A stretch of 64,000 nucleotides of DNA, taken from the NCBI GenBank assembly GCA_021613535.1, contig CP075494.1:4216001-4280000 (forward strand). The letters run 5' to 3'. The position numbers and the translations under genes were made by a program. A model generated the notes under the pieces. That model searched no databases and was not told where the DNA came from. It worked only from the letters and a program-made list of their open reading frames with translations. Of this stretch, positions 51,627-62,227 are shown in pieces; the stretch's first letter is position 1, and each line of letters starts with the position of its first letter. The DNA comes from Adineta vaga (Eukaryota > Animalia > Rotifera).

Positions 51627-54165
51627 TTAAAGCATCATGTCTTCTTCAATGATCTTAATATCTTTGCCTGTGATTGCTGATTCCACTAAAACCTAAAATA
51701 AAATATTCAGAACTATCAAAAGAAGATTTTAGTTTGAGAATCTATTCACTTTTCTTGATGGTAAACATGGAAGAATATCTTTCAATGAAACTAACAATAC
51801 CGGATCGATCACTTTTGGATCTTTTGAATCTAAAATTCATGAATAACGCTTCATTCATGAATCTAAAGTTGAAGATATTTTACCAAGAATAAAACTAAAG
51901 ATCAATCCAACAATAATAGTAATCAAAGTACCAATACATATAAACCAAAGTGGTGATATTGAAAACAAAGAAACCAATGCATTCGATCTATATTATATAG
52001 AAATACTCATTTCATCTTCCTTTCTCACATTTTATTACTTTATTTCTGCAGATGTTGTTGTTGAATTAGTAGCATTAATGGAAGGAAAGCATTCATCAAT
52101 CGAAGTAGGTAATCGTCCTCCTTGTTTATTGGGTGGTATGGGCGTAAATATTGAACCAAAGAGTAGAAATAATTGAAAGATTAAACAAACAAAAAAAGCT
52201 ACGAATACACTCTAAAAATATTTCATAAGATTATTAGAAAAGAAAAGAAAAGACATCTCATTTGTTGTTCTATTTACTCGACTTTTAACTCGTGAGGTAA
52301 ATAATCCAAGAATATAGATTCCAAGAATTGGAGCTGCAAATACACCAAAGATTTGAATTATTATCTAAACAAGAATTTAATATCGATAATTCAGATAACA
52401 GAAAACTTCAAAGAACGAACGAACGAACAGTGATTATATTGCTTTGCATAAACGATACCAAAAATGCCATCAGTACCGTTAAACATCCAATGCACACCGC
52501 TATACCGTCAAACATAGAGAATTAAAAACAAAACAAAACGAAATAAATTTACTCACATAAAATTTTCGAAAGAAAAACTTGTCGTTCATTAGTGATCAAT
52601 TCTTTCTTTGTTAATCTTTTATACATATCTTCAAGAATAACAGTTGCCATACTATTCACTCCACTGGAAAATGTACTCAATGTTGCACTTAATATACAAG
52701 CAATAAAAAGACCTGTTAGACCAGGAAATCTTCCTAATGTTTCAATTACAAACAATGGATACATCTAAAAATCAGATATTATTTTCCATTCTAATCTTCA
52801 TAGTTCCATCTTACTTGATCTGGTCGAGAAATTTTCTTCGATCGAAGAGGATCACATTGACTATATTTCGCATAGAGTAAACATCCTACACATAAGCAAA
52901 GCATTTGCATTGTAACAAACATCACATAATTAGTCCAAGCAACTCTTTGAGCAGATTTTATATCTTTAACACACATATATCTTTGTGCTTGAGTTTGAAT
53001 ACATGCATATTGTGCTGTACTTGAAAATATCACACCAATAAATATACTCCAAAATGTATATCGAATCGATAGATCAAAACTTGCACTAAAAGAGATTTGA
53101 TAATTAAATTGAAAATCTGATTCATGTGATAATTTTACACAGCAAATTGTAACCGATTTCCATTGCTAACTATTTCAAAGACTTTGGATACTCCACCAAG
53201 ATCAATAAAACCTTGAATTCAATTAACAACACTTATATTTCTGTCTTTCTTTCTTTCCTATAAATCTCTACCGAAAATAATGGACAAAATTAAACCAATA
53301 AACATAATTGATGCTTGAATAACATCAGTCCAAATGACTGCTTTCATTCCTCCCTTGAATATTTTATTTTCGAAATAGAATCTGTTTTTTAATTTAAAAA
53401 AGAAACATTTCTCTTACAATACTTGTATAAATTGTACAGATGACTCCACATAATCCAACTGATATCCAAATATTTAATCCAGTTACTTGACTTAAAGCTA
53501 TACTTGGTCCATATAGAATAGTTGCCATTGAAAGAATCTATATATCCTCTATCAAAATCACGAAAACAAATCGTTAGATTTCTACTTACAGTAACTAGAA
53601 GAAAACTACATGTAACCAAAATACGAATTGTTAATGAAAAACGTTGTTCAAGATACTATAAAATCATTGGAAAATATTTTCCATTCCTCTGAGAAGGAAA
53701 ATAACTTTACATACAGCATAAATACTTGCATTTCCAACATAATGAAATTTTGGTATAAAAAATTTCATTGTAAAATAAGTTCCAATAAACCAGGGAATTA
53801 CTTTTTTTGTTTGAAAAGAAACGAATAAGTAAAGATGAGAATATCTTTTTTTCATATGAAATCTTACTGCAATAAACAAGCATTGATCCGAAATAATAAA
53901 ATTCTACAGGCATCCCAAGTATTGATGCCGCTGATGTTAAACTTGCTAATAAACTCATTGCTGTTGGCAGAATTTTCATTCGGCCATCAGCAAGAAGAAA
54001 TTCTTTTGTAGATTTTTGTTTTGATCGAATTAAACCTTGATAAATTCCAATTCCACATGAGAAAACTAAAATTTCATTTCATTAAAAAGAAAACATTCGA
54101 TATATTGAAGAAGAATTACCTAATAGTAAAACAAAAATCGTATAATCAATCCAACCGAGATACAT
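51627..54165 (-). CDS. SLC5 sodium:solute symporter, NIS/SMCT/SMVT (SLC5A5/8/12/6) clade; multi-exon
   Basis: WIDYTIFVLLL, EFLLADGRMKILPTAMSLLAS, YLEQRF, GGMKAVIWTDVIQ, QTQAQRY, CDPL, PDQ, PGLTGLFIACILSATLSTFSSGVNSMATVILED. Confidence 0.9.
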
Positions 54166-54320
54166 TGAGAATTTATTTCGAATAAAACCTTTTCTTCTTT
54201 TTATTTTTGTTTTATTATCCTTCGCATTGATGACATTGCAATAATGACGTTGTCTCTTCACATGATAATGATATCAAAGATTAACATACAGAATGAGAAA
54301 GAAAAATCAAAAAAATTTAT

Positions 54321-54403
54321 TTCTATTTTAAAAGAGAGACAAGATCAATTTTGTATCTTTGGTCAGAAATCCAATTTCAATACAAAATATCATGGAAATA
54401 GAA
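54321..54403 (-). promoter_or_regulatory. Type II SECIS element in the 3' UTR of the deiodinase-like gene
   Basis: Minus strand reads TTCTATTT-cc-ATGAT-ATTTTGTAT-tg-AAA-TTGG-atttctga-CCAA-ag-ATACAAAAT-TGAT-...-AAATAGAA. It has helix I, the UGAU/UGAU core, a perfect 9-bp helix II, an AAA bulge and an apical mini-helix; AATAAA follows. Confidence 0.85.
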
Positions 54404-54419
54404 AATAAAAATAAAAATT

Positions 54420-55412
54420 TTAATTTTGATGAAGAACATTCGTTTTTAAGAAATAATCGACGGATGGAATCGAATATCCTGTTGGACCATTTTGACCTTG
54501 ATAAAGAATTTTTTTATCGTATAAAACATAAAGTTTTTCTGGCCATCCACGAAATATATGATTCGTATGATCATTCATTGTATCAGAATAAATTGATATT
54601 TGATCACTTTGATTAATTCCAGTTAATTCTACAAGAGTTTCAATTGCATCAATTCGATCTTGTATATCTCGATGATTTGCAATAAAACTATAATTTGGTC
54701 CATCAAATTTCCATCCATCTGAAGCATGTGCTTCACGAATATAGATTATTATAAAATCAATAGGCGAATTGTTCTTTTGATGATATTGTGCAAGTTCAAT
54801 AAAAGATTTTAAACTTGCAAGAAATGGAGGTCATGTACAACTACCGAAATTAACAACAAGATAACGTCCATTTTTCATTAATGAACGTAAACTAATAATT
54901 TCAATATTTTCATTATTATTTTTAGTCAATAAATTAATATTTTCAGTTAGAACAGGAATTAATTTTGCTGTTTCTGGTACTGGTTGACCAGGTGAAGTGA
55001 GACTTGCTGGAAGTGTTCGAGATAGTCGAATACGTTCACGTTCTAAATTCCAATAAAAGATCCAAAATTGTAATCGTAATGCAGAACGAACAGCTAAAGA
55101 TGGTGGACATGTCTGTGCCTAAAATAACATAGAAATCTATTCATGTTGTAGGCTTTACAAAGAGCAAAAAATATATAGACATACGGTAACAGCAGCACCC
55201 TGAATAAATTCATTTGGCATTCGATGTTCATCATTATTTCTATCTTGTTCAGCAAGGTTTTTTGCATTTTTAATCCATTCTTTTTCTTGAAACGTTATCA
55301 CAATCCAAAGACAATGTAAAATCATCATTACAGGATTGAGTATCATTCGTTTCATTGTTAAAAAAATTTCAATTATCTCATTTTTTAATCGAACAAACCT
55401 TTCGTCCCACAT
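54420..55412 (-). CDS. Iodothyronine deiodinase-like selenoprotein (Sec UGA at 54831-54833); exons 55412-55185 and 55118-54420, 308 aa
   Basis: Manual translation gives RYLVVNFGSCT-U-PPFLA...IIYIREAHASDGW...NHRDIQDRIDA...DTMND...GWPERLYVL...YQGQNGPTGY, with a hydrophobic N-terminal segment and a downstream SECIS. Confidence 0.92.
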
Positions 55413-56029
55413 ATTTTTCAATTGATAATAATTTTATATAAAATTTACGCATTTATATAAGTATCAACTGATAAAAGAACAATATTTATTTTATATCAAT
55501 GCACTTTTTTTTCTTCTTCATTACATCTAGCAATCATTATTGCCTCGTGCGCAGGTATATACAACCTTATCGAAATAGTCAAATGTATGATTTATAAACC
55601 TCATGTCGATGATGCACATTAGATCACTTATCAGTAGTATTTTTTTTTCTTTTCGTCCTTCTTACGTTAAAGAAGCTGCTACGTCATGATGAAACATATA
55701 TTATTCTTAGCTGTTTACCACACAATTCTAAAAATATAAAGCGAAGAAAATAGATGCGAATATGATACAAATCAGTCAACAATTCTATCGATAATTGATC
55801 AAACTTAACTCTATGACAAGACAATGACTATACCATAAATAAATTTTGCACTTATACATACAGATGACTCATACGACAGAACGAGTGGGAAACAAATGAT
55901 GCAATGTTTACTCTTTTCGCAATGTGTCATGAGCTAGTTTGTTTTTATAAAAACAGCAATGGATATCTGAAAAACAAACCATAAAAAATTTGTTTTTAGT
56001 TTCGATTATACCCGTAAGAAAAAGTAGTC

Positions 56030-57252
56030 ATGGATAATTTGATGCCCGAGCTGTATGAAAATTTAATGTCATTATGTTCAAGAAATATTGGATTTTATTT
56101 CAAAGATAGTGAACTTGATTCCATAAAATATCGTGTATTTAATTATCGTCTTTGTTCCTATGAACAATTTCATAATTTTCCATCAGCTTTAAATTGTCGT
56201 GGAATACTATTCAATATTACAGATCCAGAAAATATTCAACTTGTTAGTTTACCACCAGAAAAATTCTTTAATTATGAAGAAGGAAATGGTTTAAAAATTC
56301 ATCCACTAGGAAAATTCGGTGTGCAAATGGAAAAACTTGATGGATCATTGATATCAACTTATTTACATAAAGGAGAAGTTCGTTTAAAATCAAAAACAGC
56401 ATTAGGATCATCACAAGCAACTGAAGCTATGACGTTATTAACAGGTAAAGATACATTCTTTTTAACTTCGCATTTCATTGAATAGAATCATTTCTTCTAG
56501 GAAAATATCTTGACGAAGTAAAACAAATTGTTTGTGATAATAAAACAGTTAATTTTGAATTGACATCACCTACAAATCGAATTATTTTATATTATAATGA
56601 ATCAAAACTACGAATTCTTTCAATTCGTTGTCATTTAACTGGTGATACATTATTTGGTGATCGACTTATTCAATATCTCAAAGAAAAACAATTTTCAACT
56701 ATGATTGAAAATGTTGTGTCTTTCAAACAAGTATCTGGTGGTGTATCACATGAAAGATTTGTTGACGATATTAGAAATGAAACAGAAGGAGAAGGATATG
56801 TAGTGGAAATTATTAGTTCAGATAAGAAATGTTATTTGATTAAAATTAAAAATCATAAATATTTATTACTTCATCATACAAAATCTAGCTGTACATCAGC
56901 TAAATATTTGTGTCAATGTGTAATTAATGAACAAACCGATGATATAAGAGCCTTGTTTATTGATGAAAATGCAACTTTACAACGAATAACAGATATGGAA
57001 AACAAAGTGAGACCAGTATATAATCAATTAGTTCATACTGTCGAATCATTCTATGAAGAAAATAAAGGTCTATCAAGAAAAGATTATGCAATCAAAATTA
57101 GTAATATAAAAGATTTGAAAATTTATATGCCATTACTTATGAATTTATATGGAGGAAAAGAAGTTGATTTTAAAAAATTTGCTGTCGATCGTATGAAAGA
57201 TATTTTCGATATTACTGAAGATACGAACATAGATATCGATGAAAATCTATAA
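56030..57252 (+). CDS. T4 RNA ligase 1 (Rnl1)-like RNA ligase; intron 56445-56500, 388 aa
   Basis: ALNCRGILF, PPEKFFNYEE, motif I EKLDGSL, NFELTSPTNRI, EGYVV, IKIKN, and C-terminal HHTKSS...TDDIRALF...RKDYA...MNLY. Confidence 0.88.
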
Positions 57253-57358
57253 TTTTTTACGTCTGTTTTTCTGCTCTGCTTTTGTATTTTTATTGCCATG
57301 GAGTTTTAATAAAATTATAAGTATTATTTCTCTGGAAGAAAACAAATCGAGTTAAACA

Positions 57359-58402
57359 TCATTGTATTATTAAGCCAATTTTTTCAAATTCTTGAGATAT
57401 TTCCGAAAATCCGACGAATCGATGTTGTTCTTCATCCCACAGCGTTTTACCAAGAGAGTCGATGATTTTATGAAATGAATCGAAGACAAAAATATTATCC
57501 CACGAATACGGTGGTGCTTTTTTATGGACATGCTCAAGATTATAACAAGGAATTCTAGTTGTGAGATGATGAATATGATGATACTCAATTCCCAAAGTGA
57601 ACCATTTCAAAATTGGTGGTATAATAATATGAGATGATCCTCTTAAAGAAGCGTCAAATTTTGAATATTTATTAGCAATATGATTGATGTATGTTGGATT
57701 GTACGTATGTTGAAAATGAAATAATATAAATCCACCACTACTAGCTAATATCATTGTCATAACAAACAGCATTATGAGACGAATACCCCCAAAATAATAG
57801 AAAAAGTAGCAATGAAGAGGTACACTAACATTTGTTATGAAGGCGCCTTTCTTGAATCGATTCATAATGAAGAAATGAATGAACGGAATGATGGTGAAGA
57901 ATATGATGGGATCTCGACCGAACCGGTACAAGTAACGCTTCCAACTAGGCAACAATACGTATTGCCGTACGGTTAAAGGAATAGTGTCGTTGAAATTATA
58001 CTTAGTTGATGTTTGATCTCCTGAATTTTCATGATGTAAGATATGATTTGTACGCCAATAAGTATACGGAGTAAAGACTAAACATGATAGCAGTTTACCA
58101 AAATATATACACCATGTTTTATTTTCCCAAAATGATAAGTGCGTGCAATCGTGGAAGATCATAAACCAACGTATAAATACCAGAGCATATGTTACTACGA
58201 ATAAACACGGCGAATTCAAACCAAAGTAGGTCCACAAGGCAAATACATGAAAACAAATTGTAACAACAACGGTCGAAAATGCCTTCAGATCGTTCGCTAA
58301 GAATTCCCTATTTTTAAGATAGTCTCGAATTAAATGTTCATCATTCACTGTGTTTTTTAATGTGGTAACTTGATCCGCATGTGAAGTTTTCGCTTGAACC
58401 AT
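57359..58402 (-). CDS. Membrane fatty-acid desaturase, bacterial Des-like
   Basis: Three His boxes HDCTH, HILHH and HHIHH, plus RIPCYNL and TM segments. Confidence 0.88.
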   Translation of the reverse strand: MVQAKTSHADQVTTLKNTVNDEHLIRDYLKNREFLANDLKAFSTVVVTICFHVFALWTYFGLNSPCLFVVTYALVFIRWFMIFHDCTHLSFWENKTWCIYFGKLLSCLVFTPYTYWRTNHILHHENSGDQTSTKYNFNDTIPLTVRQYVLLPSWKRYLYRFGRDPIIFFTIIPFIHFFIMNRFKKGAFITNVSVPLHCYFFYYFGGIRLIMLFVMTMILASSGGFILFHFQHTYNPTYINHIANKYSKFDASLRGSSHIIIPPILKWFTLGIEYHHIHHLTTRIPCYNLEHVHKKAPPYSWDNIFVFDSFHKIIDSLGKTLWDEEQHRFVGFSEISQEFEKIGLIIQ

Positions 58403-59884
58403 TACTGTATATAGATTACGGCCTTCCCTAAACAAACAAAACCTTTTTATCCGAATAAATAATACTTTTGATGAATTACTATAAGAAAAAGTCTGAATCC
58501 TGCTACTCTAGATTTGACCTAACATTTGAAAAGAAAGTCAACTTTTCATTACTGACATTAGTTGAAATAGAGATACAATGGCAACAATCAATCAGCTGTT
58601 GCCCATAAGCAGGAAGGTTTTTCTTTCTTTGACTATGTAAGAGGATGCAATTAAAGCAGATACTTCAATTTTTCTTGTTCTTTTTCTTCATTTTTATCGT
58701 CAATTATTCTTGGTCTTATCTCTTTTCATTTTCCATCTCTTTTATTTTTCTTTCGCATCCATCCTCTCTCGTTAATTATTTCTTTTTATGGAATTTACTG
58801 TTGAATATTCAACTTTCTCAGAGAGAAAAAAACGAAATTTCTCTATCTATTAACATTATTATTCCAGGAAACTCATTTTTCAACGATTTTTTTTCTTACA
58901 TCATGTATCATATTAATTCTTTTGAAGAATACATGAAAAAAAATCTATTCAATTTGTTAATATAGTTATGATTATTCAAAGTATATTTTACGTATTTGGT
59001 TTGTTTAGTAGGAGTGAAGATGAAATAGAAAAAGAAAATTATTTTTTTCGTCATTTCATATTTTTAAATGAAAGTCACTGATACAAAGATGAATGTTATT
59101 GGATATTTCTGAAGTTCCATTACCACGATTGGCTCATTTAATTATATTAGCTACAATTAATATATTTCGAAATCGATTAGGGTGTGGGTGAGAAAGAAGA
59201 AGATACATCTATATCATACCCATTCATTGTCATTTTCATAATTTCTTCTTGTTTTTTTTCTGTTTAGAATTCAATAAATATAGATAAATTAAAAGAATCA
59301 AATAAATTATCCCTATAAATGGTCAATACACTTCAAAAACTTTTATTTTCCAGAATAAATTCTCTTTCCAGAAGTAATAATAGAAAATAATATTATTTAA
59401 AATTAAATAACCAATACAAGATGATAATAAAGGATAAAAAGTATTGATAATCATTTTTCTGTGAGATAGAATATCTTGTAATTCCAAGAATTAGTTCAAC
59501 CATACTAAAAATATTCTTATTCTTCTAGTGTACAGAATGTGTGTAAGGACGGTGGATGTAAATTTTAATTTAGTCTAATCCTAATCCTACAATTGCATCC
59601 TGGCAAAATAATAGAATAATGTATGATTAAACTTAATGAGTTTAATATAAGAAAACTAAATGACCAAATATGTGGAAAATATAATGCTTTGTTTTTCTCA
59701 AATATCTAGATTTATGATATGCTATATGATATGCGATACCTAACGCCATCTTTTATTTTAAAACTGCGTCGAGATCTTTCCCTGCAGCTCTATCATTTGT
59801 CGAGAGATCATAAATGTGATAAGATCACTAAAGAAAACATGCTTTTTCAATAAAAAAATTACATTTTGTTTTTGTTATCTGATT

Positions 59885-61108
59885 ATGGCGAGTGGAACTA
59901 CAATGGATCAACGACGTAAAGCCACGTGTAAGGATCAAATTATCGAGACACAAATGTTAAATGATCTGTATAAAGCTTGCTATGAGAACGATGTTGAATT
60001 TGTTCGACTATTACTGGAAACAACTCCGTTCGAAACGATAAATTGCACAGAATTCAATGTTAGTACTGCTTTAGAAATTGCAACAAATTGTGATCATGTG
60101 GAAATCATTCATCTTCTACATGAATATAATGCATTAAGACATTTAACTGAGAATCAAGATCGCACTGATTTTGAAACAACACAAGCAGAAGAAATAGAAC
60201 AATTATTTCGACAACCGGTTTCGAATGAAAATCGATTTTGTACAAAGACGAGAATTTCTACCATGTTTTCTCCCTTACAAAAAGATACGAATTCGCAGAT
60301 CCCTTATGGGTACATAGAAGGTATGGAAAATTTTACTACTATCCGAAAATATTATGCCGAGGAAGTATATCCTCATTGTGATAGTTTGATACATCGTATC
60401 TCTGATAAGATTCCATGGAGCCCATTCAGTAACGCAACAAGGTTAAAACATTCAAAAATATTGTTTGAATTTATTGAAGAACATATTAACTCAAAAGACT
60501 TATACATTAAAGCAAAAATGTTAGTGAAACGATTCTCTGAAAATGGATCAATAGAAGAACTTCTTCGTTTGTATACGCTAGAAACACCATTTTATCGATG
60601 CATTAATCAAAATAAAGAATCGAGTGAAATACTTGCGTCTCCCATCTATCACCACCTTCGATTTCTTCGTAAACGTGTTTTCAAAGGTACTTGTTATCGT
60701 GGTCTTAGTATGACAAATGAAGACATCGGTGTGTATCAATGGGCTGAACAACATACTAATCGTTATATAGTAACAAATACTTTTTGTTCAAGTACAACAG
60801 ATGAAAATGTAGCAAACGGATTCGCTAAAGCAAATACATATGATAAACATAAACCAGTGTTAATGATTTTCACATTTCATCAATCAGCTTTTACTGCTAT
60901 ACAACTTGGTGAAATTTCAGACAAATTACCTTGTATTTCTGAGAATAAAGATGAACAAGAAATTCTGATTTTACCCAGAACAGTTTTCACTGTAACAAAA
61001 GTCGAACCAGATTCATTTTTGACAAAAATATATTTGGAATATTTCGATCTACATGGAGAAGTAGATATGTTTCTTACTTACTGGGCTGATGCAGCTTTTA
61101 ACTATTGA
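59885..61108 (+). CDS. Ankyrin repeat + R-S-E ADP-ribosyltransferase
   Basis: LYKACYENDVEFVRLLL and STALEIATNCDHVEIIHLL ankyrin repeats; LYTLETPFY, CYRGL, TFCSST, DEQEILILP. Confidence 0.82.
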   Translation: MASGTTMDQRRKATCKDQIIETQMLNDLYKACYENDVEFVRLLLETTPFETINCTEFNVSTALEIATNCDHVEIIHLLHEYNALRHLTENQDRTDFETTQAEEIEQLFRQPVSNENRFCTKTRISTMFSPLQKDTNSQIPYGYIEGMENFTTIRKYYAEEVYPHCDSLIHRISDKIPWSPFSNATRLKHSKILFEFIEEHINSKDLYIKAKMLVKRFSENGSIEELLRLYTLETPFYRCINQNKESSEILASPIYHHLRFLRKRVFKGTCYRGLSMTNEDIGVYQWAEQHTNRYIVTNTFCSSTTDENVANGFAKANTYDKHKPVLMIFTFHQSAFTAIQLGEISDKLPCISENKDEQEILILPRTVFTVTKVEPDSFLTKIYLEYFDLHGEVDMFLTYWADAAFNY

Positions 61109-61419
61109 AATAGATTTATAATTTTAATTAAATAAAACTGTAAGATATAAACTTTGTGGAATTGAAATGTAAAATATGAACTTGATATACTTAGCCCTCA
61201 CCATGTTTTATAAAAACTATATGAAAAAATGAGAAGCGTTAAACTCAAATTCAATTCGTCTAATCTGTTTATACACGTCATTGTTTCTAATTGGCCATAT
61301 TTTTGTACCTTTATGTTTTCTTTGTTGTGCCGAAAACGATGAGACTATAAAATGGATGAACTATAACGATATAATCACATATATTACATTTCAATTCTTA
61401 ACAACTTCTTCGTTAAAAC

Positions 61420-61710
61420 ATGCAGACAGTGATTTTTTATGGACTGATTGCTGTTTTATTATTTATAACGATGATCAACACAACATATGCTATGCAAAAC
61501 ATAGCTCTTAATGGTACTGTTGTTACTTTCTCTCGTCGTGGAATTTTTGGTGGTAAATCAAAATGTAAGATCAGTGGTCAAACTTGTAGTAATACTGGTC
61601 AGGATAAATGTTGTGCCAATCTTCGATGTACGTTTAATGCTGGAAAGAATAAACCAATTAGTGATCGTTTTAAAAAACGCGGTAAATGTACTCGATTCGG
61701 TGGAATATAA
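61420..61710 (+). CDS. Secreted cationic knottin (ICK)-like prepropeptide
   Basis: Signal peptide, RR dibasic site, C-X6-C-X7-CC-X4-C-X19-C, K/R-rich; AATAAA downstream at about 61821. Confidence 0.72.
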   Translation: MQTVIFYGLIAVLLFITMINTTYAMQNIALNGTVVTFSRRGIFGGKSKCKISGQTCSNTGQDKCCANLRCTFNAGKNKPISDRFKKRGKCTRFGGI

Positions 61711-61893
61711 GTAAATATGCTTTTTTTTTCCATTTGATTCATAAAATACTATTTGTCTATAACAACAATATTTGTGACTTAGTTTATCTCTTTATGTTTA
61801 TCTGTTCATCTTATTATTCAAATAAAATGTAGATTCTTATGAAAGTCTTTCTTTTATCAATGTGAACTATCATTCCATTTAATTCTAATACAA

Positions 61894-62130
61894 CTAAATA
61901 CACCTATGTTGTTCTATTAACAACACAAATTTGTCTTCGTTCATCGACAGATTCAGTTGATCACCATTGATTACAATATTACCACTAATTTGTATTGATA
62001 CTTGTTTAAGTACAGATGTATATCTTCCTCGATATTCTTTCAAACCCCATCCAGCAATAATAACTGTTTTATTAGGATAAAATGGAGAAGATAATTGCAA
62101 GCATTGACAGGTTGTTTGTCATTTTGAACA
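61894..62130 (-). pseudogene. Trypsin-like serine protease fragment
   Basis: TVIIAGWG...SVLKQVSIQI; catalytic motifs and the rest of the gene are absent. Confidence 0.45.
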
Positions 62131-62227
62131 TTCGAATAAAAATAAATATTATGAATTACGAACATATAATGATAACAAAGATGTTATTTCTTGGGCACTA
62201 TGTTTTATTTAATTAATATACAGGTAA

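Noticed and set aside
54831-54833. Premature stop suggesting a deiodinase pseudogene
   Set aside because: The UGA sits exactly at the Sec position, the frame is intact downstream, and a SECIS is present.
58645-58965. 106-aa hydrophobic ORF
   Set aside because: Product of T-rich low-complexity DNA upstream of the desaturase.
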